Assembly (NCBI GenBank): GCA_900128585.1
Contig: LT642146.1
Coordinates: 1-64,000 of the forward strand
DNA: 64,000 nucleotides
Direction: 5' to 3'
From: Stramenopiles sp. TOSAG23-3
Taxonomy: Eukaryota
The translations under genes were made by a program, and so were the position numbers. The notes beneath the pieces are model-generated. The model was not told the DNA's origin. It saw nothing but the letters and a program-made list of their open reading frames with translations, and made no database searches. The first letter of the stretch is position 1; every line of letters begins with the position of its first letter. Of the stretch, positions 1 through 11,700 are shown one piece after another.

Positions 1-2
1 CT

Positions 3-1238
3 CTCAAGACGCTTTTGCTTCCGTTTCTCCACATTGATCCAGCTGAGCAGAGACTGTACGATAGTGTTCATGAAGGGGACCTAGATGGCTGCATAGAAGC
101 AATTAAGAGTGGGGCTTCGGTAGACTACCAGAAATATGACGGGTACACACCTCTACACATTGCTGCGCAAGAAGGGCACATAGAAGTGGTTCGAGCACTA
201 TTAAAGCACAATCCTGATGCTGACATTCAAACAAACGACCACGACACCGCATTGTTGAGGGCGGTAAGAAAAGGCAACTCTGAGATAGTAGACATGCTTT
301 TAAACTATGGAGCATCATTGAGGATTAAAGAAGTTGGCGGAGACAACGCAGCGCACATTGCCGTATCGTTTCACAGGTTAGAGACGCTGAAAATTGTAAT
401 TAAGCATTCCAAAGACATCTTAAACGACCAAAATGATCGTGGAGAAACCCCTCTCCACACTTCCGTGGAAGAAGGAAGAAAAGATTTTGTTGATTTGATA
501 ACAAAGCAGGACATAAACTTAGATTTAAAGACCCATAATGACGGGGAAACGGCTCTTCACATTGCTGCATTTTGTGGCAAAGCCACTATTGCGAAGCTTC
601 TGTTGGAAAGGGGCGCAAATTATACGTTGCACAACACAGAAGGGAAAACTCCACTAGATGAAGCGATATCTCAAAACCACGAAATGTGCGTAGATATATT
701 GGAGGAGACCACGGCAAAAACGTTTGAAATGATGGCTGAGTTCAAAGAGGAAACGAAGAATATGGAAGCGCGCATTGGCGAGCTTCAGATGGAGCACGAC
801 AGGGCCTTAAAACATGCGCGCCAGGTCTACCACTTGCAGTCCAATCAGCACTCCCATACATATAAAGTAAAGCTGCAGGACTCCATAAACAACTTAACCA
901 ACGAGCACGAACGGGAAATGGGCGCGTTAAAAAAACGATACGAAGAATCGTCATCAAACGATCAGTTGGTCATCAGGGCCCTAAAGGCTGAAATCGAAGA
1001 AATGCAAGAGGAATTTTCCGTCGCTCTAAATGAAGCCGCAGAGCATATCGCAAAGTTAGAAAATGATGCAAACGGAGGCAAAGAGAGTGCGCTGCAAGCT
1101 GAACTTGAACATGACTACGAAATAAAGTTGCAACAAGCAAAAGACAATTTTGATGCAGAAGTTCAGAAGCATCAGAACGAGACTGGGGAAGTCATGGAAA
1201 GACACGAATTGACAGTACACTGCAAAACAGCGCCATGA
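3..1238 (+). CDS. Ankyrin-repeat + coiled-coil protein, 5' part (frame open to the window edge; probably continues into 1249-3174 across a +1 frame break)
   Basis: About six ankyrin repeats (GYTPLHIAAQEGH, GETPLHTSVEEG, GETALHIAAFCG, GKTPLDEA) then an E/K/L-rich coiled coil. No ATG before the repeats and the frame is open from position 3. Confidence 0.85.
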   Translation, partial: LKTLLLPFLHIDPAEQRLYDSVHEGDLDGCIEAIKSGASVDYQKYDGYTPLHIAAQEGHIEVVRALLKHNPDADIQTNDHDTALLRAVRKGNSEIVDMLLNYGASLRIKEVGGDNAAHIAVSFHRLETLKIVIKHSKDILNDQNDRGETPLHTSVEEGRKDFVDLITKQDINLDLKTHNDGETALHIAAFCGKATIAKLLLERGANYTLHNTEGKTPLDEAISQNHEMCVDILEETTAKTFEMMAEFKEETKNMEARIGELQMEHDRALKHARQVYHLQSNQHSHTYKVKLQDSINNLTNEHEREMGALKKRYEESSSNDQLVIRALKAEIEEMQEEFSVALNEAAEHIAKLENDANGGKESALQAELEHDYEIKLQQAKDNFDAEVQKHQNETGEVMERHELTVHCKTAP

Positions 1239-3174
1239 AGCAAACATATTGCAAACATTTGTATGCCGATGGAAGCGTTCGAAAATCAACATGTTATTCC
1301 AGCAGTGGAGATCCACAGCGCAACAACAAATCGTAGATAAGCGGCTTATGGAAAGGGCGACCGCAAGGATCAGATCGATTGAGCTGCATCGGGTTTTCAA
1401 CGGGTGGTTGGAGTATTTGGAACGTAGGGCACATGCAAGACGCGTGATGTTCCGGGTGTTGAACATGGGCAAGCGGGGAGGCACAGGGAGAAAAAAAGAG
1501 CAGGCATGGACATCGTGGATGAGTTTCTTGACAGAATCAAAGATAATGGAAGTAGACGAAGCCAGGTGCGCTCAGCAAAGACAAGACCGTCAAACGGTTG
1601 TCCACCGTGCAATTCGGGCCTTTAAAAACATCCACATACGTAACGGTATGAGGACATGGGCAACCGAAATTGCAAACCAAAAACGATTCGAATCGATTAC
1701 AAGGTCAGTTTGCAGGAAAGTGATGTTTCGGACGAAGCATAAAATATTTCAGCAATGGCATATGTCTGTAGCGGAGAAAAAACACAACAGGCACACAATT
1801 AAAATAATGGAAACGCGGATGAGAAACACAAAACTGTTCAGTGCATTTTCTACGTGGGACGACTTTTCACAGCGTCGGGCTCGACTGCGGCGTTTGGTAA
1901 GCAGGTGCATCCACCAGTTTCAACACGGCAGCATGCAGAAAGCGTTTCTGGAGCTACTTCGTAATGCGGAAGAAGAGCGCAAGCAGGTGGAAAAAATGAA
2001 GACCCAGAGAAAATACACTGCTATGGTTCAGACCCACGCAAAGAGAACAATGATAAAGCTTGTGCAGAGAAAATTAGCACAAGCATTTCATACCTGGCAA
2101 GCGCGGGCAAGGTGGTTGGTACGATCGGACGCTTTGCGATCGAAAGTTTTGAGCAGATTAAAGGCTGCCACTTTGGGAAAGTCAATGCTTGGTTGGCAAG
2201 CATTTTTGAACAGACGCGACAAAGCTAGGTCATTTTTAAAACGAATTCTGGGAGGGAAAGCGAAGTTGATATCCGAGCAACGGTTGCAACGCGGGGTTCG
2301 GTGCTGGCAAAATTTTGTGAATAGGGCAAAACGGGAGGAGAACGTGCTGGCTGGTCAAACCCAGACCTCAAATTTTAGGAACAATGTTGTTCGAGCGGTC
2401 CTGGGCAGGTTTAGATCAAAAATGTTGGCCACAGGGTGGAAGTCGTGGCAGAACTTTGTTACAAAGAAAAATAGGCTGCTCCGCGACAAGGTGTACCGAG
2501 AGCGGATACTTCGCGCGATACTTCGTCGAATTACCCGCAGGCACAAATGGCGAGCCATGAAGAACTGGGTTTTTTCTACTGTCAATATGCAGAGAAAACA
2601 CAACTTTTTAACGACAATTTGCGGTCGATGGAACCGAAAATACAAAAACGCCGCTTTTCGAAAATGGGTATACTTCAATGCGAAAGTTGCAAAGAAAGTC
2701 CAGAATAGAATTGCCGCCCATCGGTTGGCAAAGAAGGTGCGAGCAGCAACGGAGGAAATGGCTCTCTGTAGGACGAAGTTTAAAGAGGAACGTTTGCAAT
2801 TCGAGTTCCAGATCAACGCAATGAAAAAGAAAATGAAATCGAGCGACAAAATGTCAAAAGCGTTGCTCAAAGTTGCCCATGAAGGCCTGTTTGACAACGC
2901 AGACATAGGCGAGCATCTACTGAAAGAAGGTGCTGACATAAATTATCGAAACAAGTACGGAAACAGTCCCTTGCATATTGCTGCCGCCGCCGGATCGATG
3001 CGTTTGGTTTCGGTCTTACTAAAGCATGGGGCTAAGGTAGGATTGGTTGATTACAACGGCAAGACACCTCTAGAAAAAGCTATCAGGAATGGGCACAACG
3101 ATGTTGCAGATATTCTACTTCGCAATGGTGCCAAAAATTACGAAGAGAAGGGTTTGTTTCTATCGAGGCGATGA
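1213..3174 (+). CDS. Sfi1-like (Trp-repeat, basic) region + C-terminal ankyrin repeats; likely 3' part of the same gene
   Basis: Frame open from 1213 with no ATG until well inside. About 12 F/W-x-x-W repeats (LFQQWR, FNGWL, FQQWH, FSTWD, FHTWQ, WKSWQ, FRKWV). C-terminal GNSPLHIAAAAG and GKTPLEKA ankyrin repeats. Confidence 0.75.
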   Translation, partial: QYTAKQRHEANILQTFVCRWKRSKINMLFQQWRSTAQQQIVDKRLMERATARIRSIELHRVFNGWLEYLERRAHARRVMFRVLNMGKRGGTGRKKEQAWTSWMSFLTESKIMEVDEARCAQQRQDRQTVVHRAIRAFKNIHIRNGMRTWATEIANQKRFESITRSVCRKVMFRTKHKIFQQWHMSVAEKKHNRHTIKIMETRMRNTKLFSAFSTWDDFSQRRARLRRLVSRCIHQFQHGSMQKAFLELLRNAEEERKQVEKMKTQRKYTAMVQTHAKRTMIKLVQRKLAQAFHTWQARARWLVRSDALRSKVLSRLKAATLGKSMLGWQAFLNRRDKARSFLKRILGGKAKLISEQRLQRGVRCWQNFVNRAKREENVLAGQTQTSNFRNNVVRAVLGRFRSKMLATGWKSWQNFVTKKNRLLRDKVYRERILRAILRRITRRHKWRAMKNWVFSTVNMQRKHNFLTTICGRWNRKYKNAAFRKWVYFNAKVAKKVQNRIAAHRLAKKVRAATEEMALCRTKFKEERLQFEFQINAMKKKMKSSDKMSKALLKVAHEGLFDNADIGEHLLKEGADINYRNKYGNSPLHIAAAAGSMRLVSVLLKHGAKVGLVDYNGKTPLEKAIRNGHNDVADILLRNGAKNYEEKGLFLSRR

Positions 3175-3582
3175 TTGTGTTTTTAACTACCGCACGCGCA
3201 AGTAATCACAAAGTTAAAGTTCTCAGTACGAAGTATTTGTTTTTTAAGAGGTTCTCTTTACATTTTTTTTAAAACTTAAAAAACATATATTTTATTTTAT
3301 TTACACGCGCCTACAATCATACTATAAATGGCAAGAACAATCGACAAATGTTAGAGAGGCTACGGTCGGGGAAGGGGCAAAAAGGCACGTTTCATGAAGT
3401 AGAGCATCGTGGAACTGCGTCAGATGGTAGTGCATGTAAATCAACATCACGAGCTTTGTGTTTTGGGGGTTCTTAAGTCCCAAAACAGCTCAGGTATTTT
3501 ACAGATATCCTCACTCACAGGGGCGATACTATACTACGTACGTAGATGAAGGCGATGGAAGTCGGTTTACTTACGGTTTTTA

Positions 3583-4026
3583 TCATAAACTCTTGGTGGC
3601 AATCTCTTCGATGTCGTCCAGCGACATCGACGAAATATACTGGTTTTCAATACCTTGGAAATACCCCATCGCTTGTTTGGCTTTTTCTACTCCCGCATGA
3701 AGCGCTATACAGTTATACAGCAGTGGGAAGAGGTCCCGTACCTCAGCGTCCGGCCCCTCTTTCCCAATACTCTCTTCTCCGGACACGGTCCCGGTGGTGT
3801 TCCTCTCTTTCTTTTTCTTCGTCGCCGAGGCTACCGGTCTGCCATCATAAGTTTCCACAAAATTTATATTTTTCGCACACAATTCCCCAACGTAATCATC
3901 CTCGTGAACTACTGGGTACTGTTTCAACCGCGAGTTGAAAAAGGAGCAAAACTGTTCCTCTGGCATAGCCAGAAGTTTCTCCAAAACTTCAGCCTGATTT
4001 TGCCGAGCGTTGCCAGCACGCGCCAT
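3583..4026 (-). CDS. Hypothetical protein (147 aa)
   Basis: ATG-initiated ORF with protein-like composition in a GC-richer island. No family recognised. Confidence 0.4.
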   Translation of the reverse strand: MARAGNARQNQAEVLEKLLAMPEEQFCSFFNSRLKQYPVVHEDDYVGELCAKNINFVETYDGRPVASATKKKKERNTTGTVSGEESIGKEGPDAEVRDLFPLLYNCIALHAGVEKAKQAMGYFQGIENQYISSMSLDDIEEIATKSL

Positions 4027-5170
4027 ACTTTACAAGATCGCGAAAATACTAAACACTGAAGTCAAGACACGTCAAGGGAAAGCCTTTCCTAAACCATGTA
4101 CAACTAGTGTGCTTCTTCTCTCTAATCGTAAAAGTATCTGATCTACCCCCAACACAGGTCTAGTAATTAATAAATTGTCATACCATCACTAGCGATACAA
4201 ATATTAATTGAAGTACAAAGAAGACGATTTGCATAATCATCATGCCCTGCGCCCTGCCGTCGTCTGCCGTCTAGTCTGCCGTCTGCCGCTGCTGAGAGGA
4301 GGAGGATCGAGTGAAGAAAAGAAGAAGGATATATTTGGAGCTTAATTATCTTCTATTAATTACTACTTGGTATTATAAATAATAGGAGGTGCCCATTAAT
4401 ATGCACATAGTATGGACTGATAAGGACTGAGGAGGAATAGAACTAGACACTATGTATTTAAAAATGTAATTGATTGGTTGTGAGATGACTATTTAATGCT
4501 GTGTTCCTTTTAATTATCAATCTATCTCATATATCTATTTATCTCATATCCATATCTACAGCCTTATTAGAGCCTACTCGTAGAGGTTATTAGAGGTATC
4601 AGATCAGAGGAGAGGCAGCCAGCAGAGGTACCGGTATAAATTCCTTCTCAAATCTCAAACCTCAAATGGGTGTGGGTGGGGTCTTCTGGGTAGGGCACCT
4701 AGGTACAGGTACAGTCGAAAAACTGTGACCGGAGGAGAAGAGGCAGATGATTGGATTTTTGAGAAAATGCAACCAGCACTGCGCCATGCCATCATACCTT
4801 AAAAAAATAGAATAGGCTGTCTTGATAGGGAACGGAGTAACTCCGCTGTGCAAAAACATGCAAAAAGCAGTCTTCTTCTACTTGCGGCCGGCACAGGAAT
4901 TACAAAAAACTCTCATATTCCTTTCTCAACAAGAAAAACGATGGGCACCTTACCTCCAACAAAAAACACAGCATCAAACATTTTCTGGTTTACTGTAAGC
5001 GGCAGCGAGCGGCGAGAGACATTTTAAGATCACCAGTGGCGGGCCCACGCTGAGATTAAAATGGTTGAATACGAGGTATGACAGAGACGCTTATAGTCAA
5101 GTGCTGACCTTGATGGAAAAATAGACTTCGTACCCTATAGTTAACACCACATTGACTATCGTCACCATCA

Positions 5171-5264
5171 GCATCGGTAAAAAAAAACGAGGATGCTATC
5201 TATCTACACAGTATTGGTAAAAAAAACCGAGGTTGCTATCCATCTGTGTGACACAGCATCGGTA
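5171..5264. repeat. Imperfect ~40-bp tandem duplication
   Basis: gcatcggtaaaaaaaaacgaggatgctatctatct / gtattggtaaaaaaaaccgaggttgctatccatct, followed by a third start gcatcggta. Confidence 0.75.
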
Positions 5265-5789
5265 TGAACTTATAGTCAAATGTTTATATGGACCTGTTAA
5301 ATTAACGAGTTTTGGTATTGTAATGTAAATAAGTACATGATTGATAGGTAATTGTATATATTCCTATTAATAGTCTATATACAAGAATACAATGAAAATG
5401 TACTAAGAGCAGCAGCAGACGAATAAAACCAGTATTTATATTTAAATTAGAAGCAGGATTCTTCTAGAAGAATGCAAACTGTCGCCGTTCAAACGATTTT
5501 TCATCCGCCAAAGGTGGTTCTTCTGCTGTGTAATTATTTTAACGTGGGTATTATAACAAATATAGCTAAATACACGAGTAATAAATAGACAGACAACAAA
5601 AAACAATGTCGTCGGTCTAATAATAATACAAAAGAGATAGACAAAAAAAGTAATGTTGTTTTTTGGTTTACCGACATAGTGTATTCAAAATTTTAGAAAA
5701 CAGCACTCACTGGGGGCATTACTTTTCGAAGCGGTTTTGTTTTCTTTGGTAGTACAGAAGAAGAGTGGGCAAAGATCAATATATGCAAT

Positions 5790-8700
5790 ATGGAACCAAC
5801 AGTCTTCCTCAGTTTTCTTATTTGCACATTCTTGAGTGCACAATGTGCAGCGTCCAACCACCGTGAGTTTAATGGAACGTTAAACGTTGCTATTGTCCAC
5901 CCACTTTACAGTAATACGACCGCAAGGGCGTTGGCCTCGACTATTTTTGCCATTGAGCACATCAACAATAAAAGCGATGGTATATTTGACAACATTTTAC
6001 CAAACACTACGGTTATCTATGAGTATTACGATTCCCTTGGTAGTCATGAAGAAATCGCAAGGGTAGCAGCAGACTTAAGGTACAAAGCATTCGGGGGGCA
6101 AGGAGCCGATGTAGTAATTGCGGCATCGACGACATCGCGAACAATTACTTTGCAGTCAATTATAAAACATTTTTCTTTGCCACAAGTTTCGCCATACGCA
6201 AGCGCTGGCAAGCTCTCAAATGTTGAAGAGTTTCCCTTTTTTATACGAACTGTCCCTACCGATGAATACTTGATTAACGCCATGGTTTCTTTTGCAGCAA
6301 AGACCATTGGGTGGAGGTATGCTGCGATAATAAGTGGTGACGATGAATACTCACAAACTGGCGCTTCTGGTCTTCTTGCGGCGGCAAAGCAACATAATCT
6401 GCAGGTTGTATACCACAAGAGTTTTGAAACGGGGAAATCAGGTATGGACTTACAGGACGTCGCTCATTCAGGTACTAATTTGTTTATTTATTTTGGGCAA
6501 CCTAGTTCTATTGTCCCCTTTCTACGGGCATTGTACAAAGCACTTTTGCAGACCGACATGCTGGCTTCGGGTTTTTCTATTTTATTCGGCGATGTATATT
6601 TAGGGGAAGACGTGGAGACCAAGTTTGAAGAGGCAGGAGAATCGCACATCTACGAGGCTATGTGCAACGGTACATTTGCGCTGAGTGTACAAACGCTGGG
6701 TAATTTTACAAAGACGTATCGCATGCTGTTTAAAGAACGGTTAAAGTCATTAGGGCAATGCAACAGTGTTTCTTGCGGGTGTGATAAAAGGATGGTTGAT
6801 TACAGAACAAATAAATCCGTGTTTTTTTACAACTCGCTTGCTGGGCAGGCCACTGATTGTATTAACATTGACCCTGCAGTGCCAATCTCATATTACGACC
6901 CGCTTGCTTACGATGCGGCCGTATTTGTAGCATCAGTTGTGCACGAAATGAAAAACAAGTTACATATGAATTCCTTCAATGCAATCGACTTTATGAACGT
7001 TTCCACCAGCCGTGGGTTTAAGGTGGAGGAAGGCGCAACAGGGAGCATTAAACTTCAACCGAATGGCGACCGAGCACACACATCAGGTGTTGCATGCAAC
7101 GTGTGGAACATGCGGATAGGACCAACGACTAACAATGACGACGACGAAGCCCATCTTGCGTACACAGGATCGTTAAGTGGCGCCGGTCCGACGCTAAATT
7201 TTACATTCTGTGAACCAAGTAGTGTAATAGAAACTCTTGGGTCTGACAGTTCTCTTTGCAGCCCTTTGTTCTTTTTCAATACGAAAGATAACAAACCGCG
7301 CATGGCAAAACATACTTCTCTTTCCAAACTTCGCATAGGGCTTATCACGCCCACATTTAGCGATGCAACCCCATTTACAACAGATCGAATAGGTTCCCAG
7401 AGAACAATGGTGATGTTGATGGCAATCGACGAAATCTCAAATCGTGCAGATGGTCTCTATGACGATCTCCTTCCTTCTACTTCAATTGAGTATGAATGGA
7501 TGAATTCGAAACGGGACGAGTCTATTGCTGCTGTCGCCGCATCGACTGTAGGCCTTGCGGGGTTCGGTGGGAAAGGGGCAGACGTTATTGTGGGCGGATT
7601 TTCTAGTGGGCCGACAGTCGCAATGCAATGGATTTTAAAGCATTCAAAGACTCTCCAAATTTCACCGTCTGCCACATCAACAAAACTTAGTGACGACAAT
7701 TATTACCCGTATTTTTTAAGAACAGTTCCTTCGGACAAGTTGCAATTTAGCAGGATGGTAGGGTTTGCAAAGATGTTTATGAACTGGGACGATTTTGCTC
7801 TTATTTCGGACAAAAGTGTGTACAGTGAAACTGGCGCCGAATTCATTAAGTCAGAAGCTTCCATACAAAACCTTGAAATTTTCGTTCACATGGAACTGGA
7901 AACTTCGCTGTCGAACTTGAGAAGTGAAACATTACGCGCACTTCGGGCAAATGCAAGGGGATACATTGTGGTTTTATATTTTAACATCGAAACGGTTCTA
8001 GAGGAAATAATGCTGGTAGCAGAACAACTGGGCATTGACCTTGGTGAGTTTTGTTTCTTAATCCCAGAGGCTGCGCTAACACTGAAAGAGTTTCCAGCAA
8101 TTGCAGATGGTTCTTTTGTATTTGTGCCCTACGTAACAGAGGGAAATACACAAAGTAGCACAACAGACTCAGCAAAAGAGCGAATGTTGAACCGCGCAAA
8201 CAATATCGTTAAAAATGTCACTACGTGCGCTGCACAAAATAGTAATTCCTCTAGGTGCGACTGTATCCCCGATCCGTGGAAACCAATCTTTAGCACCGAA
8301 ATTGACGGCAACACATATTGTACCTTCCCGAACAAGATCATTAACGAAGAATATTTTACACCGTTTTCATACGATGCAATTCTTGCCATTGCTACTATCC
8401 AACACGACCTAATGGAACATCAGGGTGCCACCAAAATTACACCCACGTCCATGAGAAACCGTGCGTTGGACCCTTCGTTTAATTTTCAAGGTATGACCGG
8501 GTCTCTTTCGTTCCAATCAAATGGAGATCGCCTTATTCGTGAAAATATTAAATTGAGTGTTTTTAATGTGCGCATAAACAATACCGACACGCCGCTAAGC
8601 AAGATTGGGAGCATTGATAAAGAGTACACGTTACACTACTGTGACCCCAGTGCTGACTCGGATTGTAAAACCAATATTTATTATGGCACGAAACTAAATG

Positions 8701-11700
8701 CAAAACCTGTTTCATTCAAAAGAGCATGCAAAAAAAATACGGATTGCAACGAAGGCGGAAAATGTTGGGAAAATGATTGGTCGTGCACATGTTCTCCTGA
8801 ATTTATTGGTATGAGATGCCAGCATCGACTCTTCAAACGCCAAAAGCATTATACTAATTTTGATGGGTCTGAACGCTGCCTGAAAGATATTGTTCCAACG
8901 GATCCCCCCACTGAAACTCCTATTCGTCTTTGTTTATTCAAGCCAGGGTGGGACACAAATGCGTTAGTTTCAGACTTGGCCAGATTGCTCATGGTGGAAA
9001 TTATGCAAATGCGTGTGGAAATTATAGAGCACGCTTATACAGCAGACTATATAGAAGCGCTGTCACGAAATCACTGTCACGTTGTCCTAGAGGACTGGTT
9101 CCGAAAGCATCACGCGTCTCAAGAGTTATACATTGGACCCAACAAGCCTGTTCTTGATTTGGGCTTTATTGGTTACTATGGGAGGGACGGCTGGTTTATG
9201 AACAGAGCCTCTCTGGACGAAGATAGTACGAGACTATCGTATACATCATTTCGCAAAGACAACACTATAAAAGCAATGCAAAACCTTACTATCCCACATC
9301 ATTTGGTTCAAAATTGCTCTATAGTACAGGAGCAAGCAGAAGAATATTGCAATCGGGGGAGAGGCATATTCACCAATAATGATTCATGCAGTCAGAGAGA
9401 GAGAGGGTGCGGGGTGTTGTATGGTGCAAGCGTGGCTTATGCATGTTGTGGTATAATACAACGGCAGATTATGGGTTTAGGCTTAGATTTAGAAATAAGG
9501 TGGCTAGGAAACGAAAACATACCAATATTTGTAAAGGACCATGTACTTTCAAAGCTGCCATTTGTATTTTATTGGTGGTCGCCAGATACCTTTCTTGCCT
9601 CATTTAATAACAATGAACTCTACAGGGTAGAATTACCTCCATACAACAAAGAGATTTTTGAAACGACAGGAGCGTGTGATTTCCCAAGTACAAGAATGAG
9701 AAAACTGGTGAATTCCAAAATTCCATCTCGCGCAATTGAGTTTTTTTCTAATTTCAAGATAAACGCGGTTGAGATAAACGAGCTATTGCGGGCTATGAAC
9801 AGCGACGATAGTGACGGAAGGTCTGTGGTATGCAAATGGATGGATAACCCGGAAAGGAAAGCAAAAGTATTGTCTTTTGTCCCTGTTCACAGTGCACGAC
9901 AAAACATGATCACTGTTGGAGTAGCAGTGAGCCGTGATAGTAGCCTTTTGATGGGCAAATTGCTCGAAATTCTGATAAAAGAACATCTTCTTATGAGTGT
10001 CACAATTGAGCATGCCGATAACGACGCTCATTTGCTTGCATTGATAAAGAACGGTATGATTGATGTTGCCGCTGAAGCACTTTTTGAAAGCCGGAAAGAT
10101 TCAATTCGAACCGGGGTGCCTGCCTTTTCAAATACATATACCGATCGAGCAGGACTGTATACATATTTCCCAGGGTCAAGGTATGATACAAAAGCTAGGG
10201 AAACTGGGAAAGTATGGTATTTGAACAATGAGCTAGTAAACTATATGGCCCCTTTAGGCACATACAGCCCAAGTCCGGGTCGGTGTTCGCTTTGGTGGTG
10301 CAATTACCCATTGACTACACCTGGAACGTTTTCTCCAACCTATTGCATAGACAAAAGTAAGAGCTGCTGTGAGATTCTCATAGGCACAGGATTGAATGGA
10401 TTTCGTAGATGGTCGATCTTAGCTGAAATTATCCAAACCCTGAGGTTGCCATTTGTCATGGTTTTCGTGACACCATCGGTAATTCAGACAGCGTTGACGA
10501 CAAGTGCATACGCGACCGTTTTCTTCTCTGGGGAAAGACTCGAAGAGACTTCAAGCCTCTTTCGTTACGCCTTGCCAAATTTTTCCCCGGCGTGTTTCTT
10601 ACAGTCCATGGAAACAAAGTACGATTTTCGTAATCCTACTCTGGGCACGTATAGTTGCGATTTTCCGGGACAGACAGCATATATTCTCGGCAGCACAAGT
10701 TTGGATTATAAGCCGGTTGCGCTACGTATGCTTTTGGAGAAAGCCAAACTGACCGATGTCGATTTAGCAACAATGAAAACGAGGCTCAACAGGAACTCCT
10801 CCGACATTGACATTACCAATGTAGTACAGGATTGGCTGAATGAAAATAACAATACGTGGGTGAAATGGATCGAGGGCTGCGATTCCATGCCAGGATATTA
10901 TGGCATACAAGGAAAGTGCAATGCTTGTCCAAAAGGAACATATTCTTCAGCAGGTTCAAACAAGTGTAAGATGTGCCCTTTGGGAACGTACGCAGGCTTT
11001 ACGGGAACCTCCTATTGTAGTTTGTGCCCCTCAAGAACCTACACCATCCACACAGGTTCCACCAGCGCGTCCGACTGCTTATGTGTGCCCGGGCTGATTG
11101 GCGACGCTGTTGTTGGATGTACTTCCTGCCCCTCAAATGCTATATGTCGTCGGGGCAGAGCTTTTGTTCCAAACGGATACTGGCGTTTCACTAATGATTC
11201 TACCGAGATATTCCGATGCCCATTTCCTTCCGCGTGTATTGGGATTTCGTACAAGAGCAAAACTGATTCATCGCTAGGTATGTACGACGAAAGTGAAGAC
11301 AATAAAGAAGGTTGTGCTCCATTACACGAAGGGAATTTATGCCACCGGTGCGAGAAAGGCTACTTCAGAGCCCTTACGGGCGGGTGTCAAGAATGCTATC
11401 CCAAAAGCAGTTTAGTGCTTATTCATGTGCTCAGTGCACTTTTGATGATTAGTTTGGTGTTTGTTAGTATAAAGTGTAGCCAATCCAGTGCACCGAAACT
11501 TCGTCAGATACATTCGAAATTAGAAGAATTGAGACATAGTATAGATGCACATGACGTATGTGTCTTCACATGTGAAACGGATCCCAAAATTTGTCGCTTT
11601 CTTGATCATGCAACCGCACCTCAGGCTAAAAGGGAAGAAATTGCTGTGCGCAGACAAAGAAGACGAGCCAGCGTAGCTTCTGAATCGATTTTTAATGTCT

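Noticed and set aside
5171-5264. CRISPR-like array (also considered for 13969-14028 and the dispersed heads)
   Set aside because: No unique spacers of regular length, too few units, no cas genes, eukaryotic context.
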